Assembly: GCA_964199315.1 (NCBI GenBank)
Contig: OZ116698.1
Coordinates: forward strand, 7,750,001-7,814,000
Length of the DNA: 64,000 bases
From: Orbicella franksi
Lineage: Eukaryota
Direction: 5' to 3'
The notes below the pieces were generated by a model. The model ran no database searches and was not told where the DNA came from. It saw nothing but the letters and a program-made list of their open reading frames with translations. The position numbers and the translations under genes are program-made. Positions 26,504 to 40,389 of this stretch are shown one piece after another; position 1 is the stretch's first letter, and each line of letters starts with the position of its first letter.

Positions 26504-27271
26504 CTTGAATTGAAGTTTGTATTTCAACTATAATCTGGGCCAGAAAGGGTCTGCAAATTACGGAATACAAGGAAAATTCAGTGGGGCGTAGTTTTGTGCG
26601 ACCTTGAGAATTAATTTTATTGTTCGATCAAATCAAGTTAGACAGTGTTTACTCGCTGAATCATCCGATATATTACTCACACACCCGGGTCGCACAGTAA
26701 CTCATAGTTTTTTAAAAAAGGATCAATTATGTTCGCCAAACCTAGTTTGATTTTCAGCAACAGCAAATAATATAGCTCAAACTATTTGAGCGCTAAGCAT
26801 TTTCTGGTCGAATTTTAAAGAACGGAATGTTTGTTTACCCACCTGAAGGTTGCAAAAAGATTTGAAACATGATCTCGACCGAATTATTCATCATTTTTCA
26901 CGATCATGTATTCCACATTATTCATTACTTAAAAATTACAGATTAAACCTTCAAATGCAAAAAGAAAGACATTTAAATTCTTAAGGTTTTCTGCAGAAGG
27001 AAATTTTTTATTTAAGTTATCCTTCAGATCGGAGAGAAAGCCCAATATCTCGTCTCCCGCGATAATTCGCGAAGACGATCGAGATTTCCTCTTCGAAATT
27101 AACGCGATTTTTCAATTGTAAGACTTTTTCGCATTCAACAAAGGGACAACTTACCTTATATGCAGATTTTACACTCTAATATAGCTCGAATTCTTCAAAA
27201 TATTTCAAGATTTCCTTCCCCGATCCATCTTGTGGTCATCACCAAACATGAGTTGTGAATGTCACCGCGTG

Positions 27272-27285
27272 GTTACTATGGACGC
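27272..27285. promoter_or_regulatory. Candidate RFX X-box in the CFAP77/AK8 bidirectional promoter
   Basis: GTTACTATGGACGC (reverse complement GCGTCCATAGTAAC) has one perfect half-site and lies between two divergent ciliary genes. A second half-site TAGCAAC is at 27342-27348. Confidence 0.5.
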
Positions 27286-27375
27286 CAAATTTGAGCTGCT
27301 GTACCTAATCTGGAAAGATCGCAGGCTCATCTTGTTTATTGTAGCAACTGCGAAACTGCGAGGGAAAAATTCAAG

Positions 27376-30300
27376 ATGGATGCAACCAAGAAACCTTTGT
27401 TAATTCCGCCTGAATTCTCAAACTACGCAGAGAAACACGGCATTTTTCAGATTTATGAGGTGAGGAATCACTAGTCTCTTTACGAAGGTATCGTCAAACT
27501 ACAGCTTTCACACTATTTCTTGATAGAAAATAATGTTTCAGACTAGTTCCCAAATTCAATTTCCCAACTGTCAGACAAACTTTTTTAAGGTTCACCCTTC
27601 CAGAAGAATCGATAAAACTAAAGGACTATATTTTTACCCAGTTAACTTGCAATCTGAACGGAGTAGCATGGAACAATTTACCTATTTATGAAGATGTTAA
27701 TAAAAATAATTTTAAGACTATTGCTCTTGCAGCCATTAAATCTTTTGTATAATGTATATTCAGACGTCCTAACTTATCTCGACGAGATTATACTTACTCT
27801 ATTTTATTTTATCTTTTACTAACTTATAATTTTTGTTGTATATATACATATTGTAATTATTTATTACGTGCTTTTATTATGTTATTTTCAACTCCTAGTA
27901 TAGTTCCACTGTTTCATGAGTATACTTATTAAAGATAAAGATTAAAGGAACATGTTAGGCTAGTGACCTGACCATCTATACAGTTGCTACCTACTGGTGT
28001 ACGTATACTTGGAGTTATATGTACGTACACTGTACTGCACTAAGAGCCGTTCTATTTTGTGTCTTCCCCCTGCTTCCCCCAGATCTCCTGAAGTTGCACA
28101 GCTCTGAGGGTGTTTTAAAGAAACTTGCCTTTGGGTGAAGTGGGGTAGGAGTGGGGCGACAAGGTGAAAAAAATGGGCTATTGCTGAAGAGAACATCCTG
28201 TTAGCACTTTCCATTGGTCTTTGCTCTACGTAGGGGGCCAGTGTGAATTTGACTTGTACTTCATTGGGAAATTAATGGGGAAGGGGAATATAGAGATATG
28301 ATAGAATGGCCCTGAACCACTGCTCATCCTTGGCTGCTACATTGCTTACAATAAGGAATGTTATCTTTCATATTTAGCTCTTCAAATAAATTACCCGCTG
28401 AATATCTTGTGTTTACAGTCACTCTTGACCAGGCTTATCATAGAACGGCCAGCAGACCCTTTGACCTATATGATAGGTCTTCTTGAACAAGAAAGTAATG
28501 GTAAGAAAATAATAATTAATACTGATTTGTTTCCTTCTTCCCATTCTTTAAAGCGTTAAAATTATATTAAATCTCCCTTTAGCTTACTGAGAGCCACATA
28601 TTTCCTTCGAGTCTTTGTCAAATTTATAAGGGCTGCTTTGTCCATTTACCAAAAACCTTGGGTCTTATTACATTTCTGAAAAATCATAGCTGACCCTAAT
28701 TTTTGGTACCCAAAACAACTCATTTATCATTATCCAAAGTTAAAAACAACAGGCATTAGATTTTATTCTCACAAAGTTTGAGGTGACAATTTTCTCAAGA
28801 AAATCATCCTTCTGAACAGATAATTTACTGAAACAATCAATTGGTTGGCCCTGACTAACTGATGATCTAGTTATTTTTAACACCTTGCTGGCCACTTGCT
28901 AATCAGTTATCAATTGAATCAATCAATAATTTTTATTAGACTTTTATAGGCTTAATTGTTATTAGGCTTGTTTCTTATTGAGGGGAATCAGGGGACTGGA
29001 CAGGATGATAGAATGGGCTCAATGTCAAGTTGTGATGTTTAGACTGACCAAAATGAAATCCATAGAAAATGTCCAAGAGCCAAATATTTTGAATGAGATG
29101 GGTGAAAACTTTATTAATGTGTCAGTGTATTTAGCTATAGATAAGCTAATTGGGGACACCAAAGTAAAGTCAATAACTAATAACTAGTTTACAAAAATTA
29201 ATAAATAAATGTTGAAGGTAATTTTCTCAATCTTTATTCTGTGAAATACATTTCACTGATTTACATGTGGTATTTCAGTTATATTGTAAACCTATGTGTG
29301 CCTATTATAAATTTCAGTTCCACAGATAATAATTCATGGGCCTCCAGCAGCAGGAAAAAGAACCATGGTAAGAGAAAATAATAGTATTTTGTGAACAATA
29401 AAAATCTGAAAATCTGAAATCTCTGAAATCTCTGAATCATTGTTTATCTGTGACTTTGGCCCCCATGTATATATGGTTAGTTGATAGACCTGTTGTATTT
29501 GGAACAGTTTAAAGTAAATCACACTTTTTTCTCTTGTCAGAATTTTTTTATTTACCATGGACCAAAAAATGTTCTTTTATTTTAAAAATATATTTATTTT
29601 AAAGCTGTTTTTAATTTCTCTCTTTCAGTCTGTTATGGCAGCTCAGCATTTCAACTGTGTACATATCACACTGGATAAACTTGTGGCAGAATCAGATTCA
29701 AAATCAGCTAATAAGGTACAGTGTATTTGTTAAATTGATCATATTTATACTTCTGTCTCGTACTTATATATAGGAACTTTTAGTTGTAATAAATATCATA
29801 ATTATTATAAACAAGGATTTGGTAGTTTGCAAGCAAGTGATTAATTTAATTTGTCTTTTTACTGTGAAACTTAGAAAACCGTGAACACCAGAAATATTGA
29901 TAGAATGTTTTGGTGTAGCAAGGAAAAAGGACAACTGGGCTTGAGAAAACTACAAACTGCAAACAGCAATGATAATTTGGTTTGTGGTTGATATTAAGTG
30001 CATACCTGTACATTAACAGCTCTTTAGTAGAAGAATTCTGAAATTTGACAAGTTAATGCTGTTATTTTGAATTGATTTTGGTGGTATGATCTTTTTCATC
30101 TTTTTAGGCTCGAGAGTACATATCAGCCAAAGAGGTAATAATTTGATCACATTTAATGTAGTATTTGCATACTTGAGGCATGTTATCATTATAATTGGAA
30201 ATTTAATCATATCCCATGCATGCTTCATTGTCGCAAGTGAGTCACTTAAATGTTTGTCAATTTTTCTGTATTTTCCCATGAAGTAGTCATCCATAATGAT

Positions 30301-33300
30301 GAATTAGCTTTAATTCATTCTCTCACTCTAATTAAAAACAAATTATGTCTGTTTACTTGGATTTATTAACACCAAGTGAGAAATATTAATTGAAGATAAT
30401 CAGTGGAAGTGCTCCATGATCGTTGTCTGATTTCCAGATTTTATATTAGTATAGGTAATCTCATGAATGCAAGTGCAATTAAGAATTTTCACTACAAGTG
30501 ATTTTTGAAAGTTCTCTCAAAATTGCTGCAAATCCTTAAATTATTTGAGCGTTTGTACACAAACATACGTGCATTAAGTTGCACCACAGTGCAAATTAAA
30601 GATTAATGGTAAATTGATCTGCTCTCAGCCAATCGCAATGTTCAGTAATTTACTTGGTCATATAATGAAATAAAATTAATCTTCAGCACTTATATTATTA
30701 ACAGGATTATATTCAAATTATTTTACTTTCAGACAGTGCCTACTCATATTTGGGTTGGTCTTATCAAAGAAAGACTTGAGAAAGAAGACTGTATTAGTAA
30801 GGTAAAGAAATGGATTAGTCAAATTTAACTTTAGTTATTATAATAAAATCTTGACTGCTAATGTCAATAATATTGAAAAAAAATTGGTCATTGACTCAGT
30901 GATATGAAAATTTAAACTATCATTAATAATTAATAAAAACTGTTTAAAATTATATTTGCATTAGTCTATTTCTAGAACATAAATTGGGGTTCATAGCTTA
31001 ATTTAAAATTTAAAAGTTGATTCCTTAATCCAACTGCCACTGTCATCTTGTTATACAGGGCTGGTTACTTGAAGCCTTTCCTCAAACAAGAGAGCAGGTA
31101 ATTCGTTTATTTATAATACATAATTATATAACATTTAATGTAACATCTTTTTGCTGAAAGTTATTAATAAAATAAAATGTGTTCATTGATGATATTCGTA
31201 ATGAATACATTTATGATGAATAACTTTTCACTAGTGAATATATGAAAGATCATATATTTGAACTGCTGAGAAAGATATGAAGACATCATCATATGAACTC
31301 ACAATGTGACCAGCTCCCAGTTGGCTTGATAGCTCAGTTGGTAGAGCACTGCACTCTAGGTATTTGCAGTGGTCATGGGTTTGAATCCCGTCCAAGCCTG
31401 AATTTTTTTAACTGTTTTTAAACAGTTATAAGTGTGTGTATTTATAACTGCAATGATCACTGTCTTCAATTTTTTCACTTTTAATTATTACTTTGTGGGT
31501 TAAGTATTGTAGAAAATTATATACAGTGTCTGTACAACAGGTGGATAGTTTTATTAAGAGCTTGTCTTTGCCTTCATGCTTCAACAAATTTCAATTACGC
31601 TAATGTGAATCCCCTACAAATCCCCCAACCATACCCTATTAATATTCTACTGCATGGCCCTTTTTTGTTGGTCTTTAGGCTCAAGCTCTTCAAGCAGAAG
31701 GAATCAATCCAAAGAATTTTGGTAAGTATCAACTACTGTTCATTTGTAAAACTTATCATGACAATTATTTCAGCTGCAACATTTACAAATGTAATTCTGC
31801 CTTCTCTATATACAAATAATGGGACCATTCTAGAGTGTCAGGCTCAAAATGACATAGACAATTTTTTAAGCAGTTCTCAACATTTGCATTTGAATGGTCA
31901 CATTACTCTAGGGTTTCGTCCATCTCACTCAGAGATGACAACTCAACCTTAGCCTTGATATGAACCTGTGGTCATACAATCTTTTAACACACATGATGTG
32001 CTAATTTTTTCTTCTTTCCCAAGTTCTTTTGGAAGCTCCAGACACGGTACTGATAGAAAGAGTGATGGGAAAAAGGATCGACCCAGAGACTGGGGGTAAG
32101 TTTTCACTTTAGACAGGTACTTACAGGGATTCTAGGTAGTCAATTCTAGCACATCTATTCTAACCTAATAAACTTGGCCTTAGTAATTCTTTATGTTTTA
32201 TGCTTTAAATAAATAATAGTAATTACTCCTATTAATTAAAGGAGTAAATAATGTTTCTGGGAGGATCTAAAAACTACTATAATAGTTGTAATAAAACCTA
32301 ATTTGATTTTATATGTATAATTAAAATGAAGTACCTAACTACATTACTTTATCTTAACAAAACCATCCACGCTAAATAAACAATTGAATAAATTAAAGAC
32401 AGACAAATGACAAGTAATATTAATAAATATATTTTATTTTGCAGATGTGTACCACTCAACATTTGACCCACCAACAGACCCAGCAGTTGTACAACGCCTT
32501 GTTCCAGATTCCAAGTCATCAGAGAAAGTCATGATTGAAAGACTGATGGATTATCACAGGTAATGTCAGGTCATCAACTTATCATTGAGCTCAGGCATTG
32601 ACGAGAAGTAAAACAACACCAAAATAGCTCAAGCAAATTCTTATTATAGCATTTGTAGAAAGTTTTTACTGTTGTCCCAGAGTGAAAGTTAAAGTAAAAT
32701 AAAACTCACAATTTATTTAATTGTCGGCTCCCAGTGGTTTCATAGCTGTACGAGTGGTAGAGCAGTCACACGCACAAGCCCGCAAGAAAAGCGATCCGAC
32801 CTGCGGGGTCTGGTGAAGAGGTGCCAAGGAAGTAAAGGAGTAGAGTCTTTCTCTGTTATGTACGCGATGAGGGTTTGACAAAGAACGTCAATCATGTTTG
32901 TTAAATGTTACCAATTTTATTACCTTTGAATCCTGTTGCAGGCATATTGATGGTATCCTGATGTGCTATGAAAAAATTTACAAATCCATCAATGTCGACC
33001 AGCCAAAAGCAGATGTCTTTTCACAAGGTGAATTAAGTGTTGTTTATGATAGTCTCTCGGACTTGAACAACAGTTCATTTCCTAGTGACCTTTCTTTGCA
33101 TGGAGTATTGTAGAATGGAAGTGGAACTTTTTCTTAAAGCTATCTTTTTGATACAGGAGACCTTATTATTACTAAGTCTGTCATTTTCTGATGTAAGAAT
33201 TCTTTTTAATTTGTAAATGGGCGATAGTGTAGCCCTGTGTATTAAACAGCAAGGCTTTTAGTGCAGCCACTCAAAAATCAACATGAGTGACAATGCACTC

Positions 33301-36284
33301 ATCAATTCATAATCAAGATTGTTCACAGCTGTGACTATGCTATTGTTGTAGTATTGTCCTACTTGAAGATGAAACACCGAGACAGTGCACCCCACACTCC
33401 CCGAGTGATTCTGCTGGGCCCTACAGGGTGTGGCAAGAGCGTCCAGGCAGAGCTGTTGGCCAGTAAATATGGCCTGATAAATGGTAAGAGAATTTATAAC
33501 GCCTTAACTTTAGGACATTAACGGCCTTTGTTACTTTTTGATTTCCCATTCTTTTTATATCTGTACTTTCGGAGAGTCCCTAGCTTCTGTGTAGGGGAGG
33601 AGTCATTCCTTTGGGGAAACACAAATATCACCCCTTCCACGCCTACCGTGTATAGATGTATGTTCTGGTCCATCTTCGAGTTTATCATGTCAAATGTGAA
33701 AGCATGTTAACTAGTTAGTAAATAGATTTTGAGTATGAGCTTTTACCAGTTCTGTTTACAGGCAAATTGTGGAGGGTCGCTCGTTTTTCTGGATCACTAA
33801 GTTATGTTAGGAAGTTGCTACTGTTTTAGGAAATTCACAGTATTCTGCTTAGCATGTTATTTGCTGTATTACGTTTTGTATTTGTTTATATTGTTAATCC
33901 TATTGTGGTTGTCGTATTTAGTTTCCTGTACAGAGCTTATCAAGCAGTCTCTAGTGGATGACTCTAAACTTGGTGAGGCAGTAAGGCCATATGTTGAACG
34001 CAAAATGATGGGTAAGCATGTACACAAATATATTAATATGAAAAGGAACCATTTCAGAGGCTAATGGATTAGCAGGTTGACAGCAATTAACTCTGAGTGG
34101 TTTCCTTAAAGGAGCAGTGTAACAGTTTGTGCATCTTGAAAAGTTTAGCTTAAGTTTTTCAAGTTCCTTGATTGTAATCCGTGTTGATCTTTTCCATCCT
34201 TGTCCATGCTTTTTCCTATATGATTTATTATTGTCTCTCTGGTGTTTTTCTATCTTAGTGAACTACTATTTTCAGGTTCCTTCAATTTTAACTAATTTTC
34301 TACCTCGCCAAAATAACTCAAAACCCGTGACTGAGCTGCTTTCACATGAAGAAGCTAGGAGTAAGTCTTACTGCTATTCCCTCTGAAAAGACAACCCAAG
34401 CATTTTGTGAGACCCCAGCGGACATGTGGCATTGTTGCTTTAATAACTACTGGGTAGAGAGAAACACTGCAGTCTTTTTAAATCCAATGTTCTGTGTTGT
34501 TTTATTACAGTACCTGACGACTTGGTTCTACAGTTACTACAGAGTCGCCTGGCTCAGTTAGACGCGGTGACTAAAGGCTGGGTAATACACGGCTTTCCCA
34601 AAACAAGGGAACAGGCGGAGACACTCACAAAAGCTGGATACGAACCTAACAGGTAAAAACAAACGGCAAGCTACGTGTAGCTTGAATTACATGTAAACTA
34701 ATCCTGTTCAGTACGAAGAACAAATGGCCATTGTAAATTCTTGTAAAATCGCCCGATTGCGAACACTAATTCCAGTTAGAAGATCGTACGAGCACTTGAA
34801 CACGCATGGGTTCCCTCTCATTGACCGATCACAACCTCCTCTGGAAACGATGTTGCAGATACTTAGTGGTAGCGTCTCGTGTTCGATTTCCCAACGACAT
34901 GTGGCTCCCAACTAAGATTTTCATTTATCAAATCAAAGGACACTCATGAGAACGTTGTCGAATCAAAGTGTACTCATGAAAAATCTGTATGTAGGTCGAT
35001 AATTGGGCACAGCACCGTAAAAGTCTTTCACCAAGTTTTATCGTCCAAGGACGTAAGCAGACAAAAAATTGTTTGCTTCTTCGTCAAGGCGCAGACCACC
35101 TTTTGATATAAAGTACAAGCACAAATCGACACACTTTTCATGTGTCTCCTCTTATGGCTGATGAACGTTTGTTACGATTTTATGACGCTGTCAGTCAAAT
35201 GCATATGACAGGGAATAGAAGAAACATCGTATAACCACGGAAAAGTGATTTAGACATGAGAGAATCGTCGCAGCTACGTACAGTAATACGCAGTTGCCAA
35301 AACATAGCCTGAAAAATAGTAGAAATGAAGACATCACACTGCGACCAGTATTAATCCTGTTTATACAACGGTTATGAATGTTTCAGGGTGATCTTTATGG
35401 ATGCGCCAACGGACACCATTCTTGAACGAATGACCCTGCGAAGTGTGGACCCTGTTACTGGTGAAAGGTAGGTTAGAAAAGATACACTGCGGAGAATTTG
35501 TAGTGGTATCTCTGTTGTGCCTTGTAGCTTGCTGGGCACACAGCACAGTTTACATCATAGAGAAAATACAGCTGATCGAAGTTTGTGACCTACTCGGTAA
35601 AACCCGTAAAACCAGTATCGTAAAACAACAGCCTCGTTCCCAGGGCGGAAAGCCCTGGGTAAAACCAGCGGTTAGCCTGATGACTTGACTGAGGTCCGGG
35701 ACTGAGGTTTTCTTCGGGTGAAGAAAAATTGTCCCCAGTAGTGAGGGGAGAGGCGCAGTGGGATGGTAGTGGTGGGGGGGGGGGGAGGGGGGTGATGCAG
35801 GAGCGAGAGGTACTGGTGGTGTGGTCACTGGCGAGCAACAACTTAAGTATATTTTTATATTTTTATATTTTCTGTCTAAGGTCTAAATCGTTCGCTCTGA
35901 ATATTAAAAGTGATTTCTTGGTTTCTCTAGATATCATCTGATTTACAACCCGCCTCGAACAAATGAAGTGAAACAGAGGTTACAAACGGTTAGTGAAGGA
36001 AATTTCTTGAAACTTTCATGTCTGTCATAACCTCGATCGGTGTGCACTGTTCACTCACAGTGTATTTTGTTACTTCCTGGCAGAGCGCGAAAGACGTCGA
36101 GTCAGCGGTTAACTCCCGGATTGCTGATTACCAGGCCTATATCGAGGAGATCGCAGAGTATTACGAGGAGTCCGGCCAGCACATAAACGCCGATCAAGAT
36201 ATCCATACTGTGTTTGAGTGTATTGAAAGTATTATTGTAAATCCAATACCAAGAAAGAACGAGCAAGGCGGGTCATTGATTTGA
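27376..36284 (+). CDS. AK8: Adenylate kinase 8 (N-terminal docking domain plus two AK domains)
   Basis: Starts [15 protein letters not shown]-loops GPPAAGKRT and GPTGCGKS; lids RIDPETG and SVDPVTGE; C-terminus [22 protein letters not shown]. Exons 27376-27459, 28419-28500, 29318-29367, 29629-29715, 30108-30134, 30733-30801, 31059-31097, 31679-31721, 32024-32095, 32445-32559, 32942-33027, 33352-33483, 33922-34011, 34511-34652, 35387-35467, 35931-35988, 36084-36284. Confidence 0.95.
31295..31470 (+). repeat. tRNA-derived SINE-like repeat
   Basis: A box TAGCTCAGTTGG and B box GGTTTGAATCC. Reverse-strand copies at ~48230-48390, ~55130-55300 and ~55430-55590; degenerate head at ~32725-32770. Confidence 0.75.
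34106..34343 (+). mobile_element. TTAA-flanked non-autonomous DNA element (Kolobok-like); second copy at 45522-45752
   Basis: Both copies begin TTAAAGGA and share GTTTGTGCATCTTGAAAAGTTT..CAAGTTCCTTG..CCGTGACT. The superfamily call rests only on the termini. Confidence 0.6.
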
Positions 36285-37482
36285 CGGTTTGAACAGAGAA
36301 ATTTTGCATGCGAAGATGTACATATTAATTTATCTGTTACACTCAGCTCGTATTTTAAACGTTGTATTATAGGTCGAGTGTGTTTTTTTCTCCTTATTTT
36401 CAGCCAACAGTGTCGTTTTACTTGACTTACCTCTGTAATAAGTAACCATGTGGCTGCAATAAATGTTTTTTTTTTTTTTACTATAAATGGCTTGCTCATT
36501 TGTGATAGTGCATCATAAGTAAAAGAACCTAGGATTAGGCGAGTAGATCGGCGCGTCTCCCTTCCTTCCAGCTGAATTATCCGCTCGCTCGCTAGCGTGT
36601 TCAGCCACTCAACCTAACCCTTACAAAAATGAGGGACTGCTCTAATCAAGGTAACCAAGGCAAACAGACTTCAATTCTTCTCTCATGCATTCGAAAAACG
36701 CCTCGGGATTCAAACCGAAAATCACCCGCTGATAGAGTGGCTCCGATTCATGAAGGGACACTGCACGGGTTCATCAATGAGCAAATTTTGGGTCGCGCAT
36801 TGAACTTCGCGTGGGAGAGAAGATTTAGACAAAGAGAAACATGACAATCATACGAAAAGAGTAGCCTCCACGCAAACAGATTTCCGCCTGTTGTGGTCAC
36901 CTTGTTTGATCGCAGCGTCAGATCATGAAAAAAAAGGGAGGATCCTCTGTTCTGAGTTGTGACAGAGACTGATAAAACTTCATATACAGCTGTTTATTTT
37001 CAACATGTCAGGTAGTCTCAAGTCTCTCATTCGATTCCACCAAAAAAATCCCTTCTCCCCAAGAAACTTGCGCTCAAAATTTCACCCGAATAAAGAAAGT
37101 GACCTTTAATGACTGCCACTTCGCGCTGCGAAGCCGCTTCGAAATAAGTTGATGGTCAAATCGAATTGAGCGATGCAGTCTCACATCAGGTGCAGTTCCA
37201 CGGCAAATGTCATAGCTTATACGATTATGAGTTATTATAGGAACAGAGTCAGTTTATGACTATTTGATACTGTGATTCACTGTGGACTTTACTGTGGACT
37301 TGTTCACTCAGCTGTTTGGCGCCAAATCCTGGACTTGGGCCTCGTGCCCAGTTTTCTTACGAATTCGCTGTTCTAGTAACAGGTGTAGTAAATTATTATT
37401 GCATGTATCGTCCACCTTCTGCATTGCATTGTACTAAAGAGAGGGTTTGTAGATAATCATTGTGGGTAACCATTCTCAAGTA

Positions 37483-37670
37483 CAGTGGAACCCAGCCTTA
37501 GACCATCCCGTTAATACGACCACCTTGTTATTACGGCCACTTTATTCTGGCCCCCCAAAAAAAGCTCGGTCAGTCATTTCCTTATTTAAAGAGCCCTTTA
37601 ATAAGACCACCCCGTTAATGCGACCAATTTTCTATGGCCCGAAGGTGTTCGTATTAACGGGGTTCTACTG
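37483..37670. mobile_element. Tc1/mariner-type MITE
   Basis: TA|CAGTGGAACCC...GGGTTCTACTG|TA. Confidence 0.7.
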
Positions 37671-39323
37671 TAGTTTAAGGTCTGGGTCAAAGGCTTTTAC
37701 TGGTGAAAATAATTTATTAATTATATTTCTGAAGGTATAAATGCCAGTTGAACCAGATTTAGCACAGTTAGGTTTTTACGTCCTCAGTGGACATTTTAAA
37801 GTAGAATTGGCACTTCTGACAGGTCACGTGACATGTCACGTGAGTTTAGCGGAAAATTGCCATTACTTGAGGAATTGGTGGTGGTTTTTAGTAATAACAT
37901 CCTGCAAAAACGCGTTTTAACTCGAACTTACAATTTTTTTTTTTTACTTTTCGGTCTAGATAGACTTTGGCGAAATCCAAGCGTGTGGCAAGAGGAAGGA
38001 AACTTTAAAGTCCTGAAACGCTGCTATATCCAAATATATCCAAATAGTTTTTTGCTCTGTTTTGGAAAAGCTGTTAATCTTCAACATATTTGAAACTTAG
38101 AGTGGAGTAATGTAGAGCTCTTGTAAAAGAAGAAGCGGAACACAACTCGGTCAGTGATATAAAGCGGCACATAACTAAATTCAACACTGTCTTACTTCAC
38201 TCAAACTGGAGCAGCTTACGACGAAAATACTGAATTAAAATTCCAGCAGACATGAACGTATTTAGTTGTGGCCCAAAAGTATCAAACATTTCGGGAATTT
38301 CGGACGCCTTTTCCCCGCGCAACATCCGCAAAAATCCTCGCAGCATGTAGGCGCGTTTGCCACAAGGGATCGCGCAATTAGTTCTAAAAATAGAAAAATT
38401 GTCCCATATCATGGGTACAGCCCCAATACTAGAAATGGGGCGCGCTTACAGTCTCCGTCCCCGATTATGGCTCCTGATGCAGGCAGGTCAATGATTGCCA
38501 TTCTCTCACGTTTGGAATGACCGTCCCTCTTTTCAAAGAAAAATTTTATAGGGTGAAAGGTCCTTTTTTCAACAAAGTTCGACTTTTGATCATTTATATC
38601 TTCTATAAACGAAATCAAGGGAGATCATCCCAAACGTAGCAAGGTAGATAATTTAAATTTGCATCGCAAACGCTCATTTATTGATCAATAGAATGAAAAT
38701 TCGCCACCAATTCGCCGATTTACAAATTTTAACAAAATGATCACGTGACGTGTCACGTGGTCAAAATAATATGTTAAGGAGTTAAGGCAAGGTAGGACGT
38801 CGAGTTTTATAATCAGGGAAACGTTCAGCTCGGTAAAACAAATGTAACAAGAGATATAGCTGCCCAACAATAATGCTTGAGTTGATTTTTACGCTTTTCT
38901 AACGTGCTGTCTCTCCTTCTCTGTCTTCTGAGTAACTTACTATGCTTTCAGCTCTGTTCGACAAGGTTCTCAGAACATCTCATTTTGATCTCACCCTACC
39001 TGGGTTGTTACCAGTAAGAACACCTCCTAAGCATTTGTTGCTGGGCGCCAAACGGCTAAATGAACAAGTCCACCGGCAGAAGTGGACGAAAGCATGCTTA
39101 ATTTCGTTCCCCGAGATACAAAGCTTAAAATTTTACAAATCGTTATGAACATGTAAATACTGGGAAAGTTGAGCCTACATTTTATACTTTAACAAACCGT
39201 AACAAACCAAGACATTTTATACTTTTTATAGTACCCAGTCGCTGAACCCTTTACCAGCCGATCTCACCTTACCATGGTTAGTAAGGGACATGGAAATCGT
39301 AGTAACACCTCGTAAGATTCGTT

Positions 39324-40389
39324 GATGATTCACAAGTTTACATCTCATTCACTCCGAACGACAGAGCTGAGCAACTTGCTGTGGTGAGGAACATGGAAGA
39401 CTGCATCAGAGACATTCGGTTTTGGATGTTGAATAATGATCTTAAATTAAACGACGACAAGACTGAATTCCTCATTATTAGTACATCACAACAGCTGGCC
39501 ATGGAAAAGCTAAAGAATATCAGTATTCGAGTGGGTGACTCAGATATTCATCCCGTGCCAATCGCGAGAAATGTTGGTTCTTGGTTTGATTCTATGCTGT
39601 CCATGGTAACACATATCACAAAAGTCTGTGCTTCTTCTTATTACCATATCTATAATATTCGTCGGATCAGAAAGTATATTTCACAGCAGTCAACTGAGAC
39701 TCTTGTCCACGAATTCATGACAAGTCGCCTTGACTACTGCAATGGTCTTTTATGTGGATTACCCGATTGCTTGTTAAATAAACTGCAACGAGTACAGAAT
39801 GCCTGCGCCAGACTGATTTTTAAAGAACAGAAATTTTGCCATGTAACGCCTCTTATTTATGAATTACACTGGTTACCGATTAGATACAGAATCGAGTTCA
39901 AAATACTTTTAATTACTTTTAAGATTCTTAATTTTTTAGCGTCTACTTATTTATCGTCTCTTATTTCTCTTAGGCTCCCATCCAAATATAATCTAAAGGA
40001 ATCCTAGCGATAAACTTTTACTTAGTTATCCGCGTTTTAAATCAAAAGCTACACTAGGTGACCGTTCTTTTACCTGTGCTGCACCGAAACTTTGGAATGC
40101 GATACCATTTGACATAAGAAGCGCCAGCACCGTTAGTATTTTTAAAACCAAGCTAAAAACTCACCTTTTCCGTCATGAATTTTTATCATAGTTGTTTCAA
40201 TTATTGTAAAGTTACTTTTAACTGTAATTTAAGCTTTCTAAAATCACTGTAAGTTTACTTTTAATTGTAATTTTAGCTTTTTAGCCTTTTTATTCCGTTT
40301 TTAATCTTGTCATGCGCATTTGAACATTTTATGAAATTTGCGCATTATAAATGTTATTATCATCATCATTATTATTATTATTATTATTA
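39324..40389 (+). mobile_element. 5'-truncated L2/CR1-type LINE (reverse transcriptase C-terminus plus 3' tail)
   Basis: Begins at DDSQVY (truncated YADD motif), continues LKLNDDKTEFL, SRLDYCN, LQRVQNACARL, LHWLP. Frameshift near 40000, then LGDRSF..APKLWN. (CAT/TAT)n tail at 40355-40389. Confidence 0.9.

Noticed and set aside
31310-31400. tRNA gene
   Set aside because: A and B boxes are present, but the acceptor and anticodon stems are broken and the sequence recurs with a shared non-tRNA tail, so it is a SINE-like repeat.
32725-32880. snoRNA or HDV-like ribozyme in an AK8 intron
   Set aside because: Only a degenerate tRNA-SINE head plus GC-richer sequence; no C/D or H/ACA boxes or pseudoknot pairings found by eye.
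36520-39300. Short ORFs between AK8 and the LINE
   Set aside because: All under 100 aa, no recognisable motifs or exon chains, and they overlap repeats.
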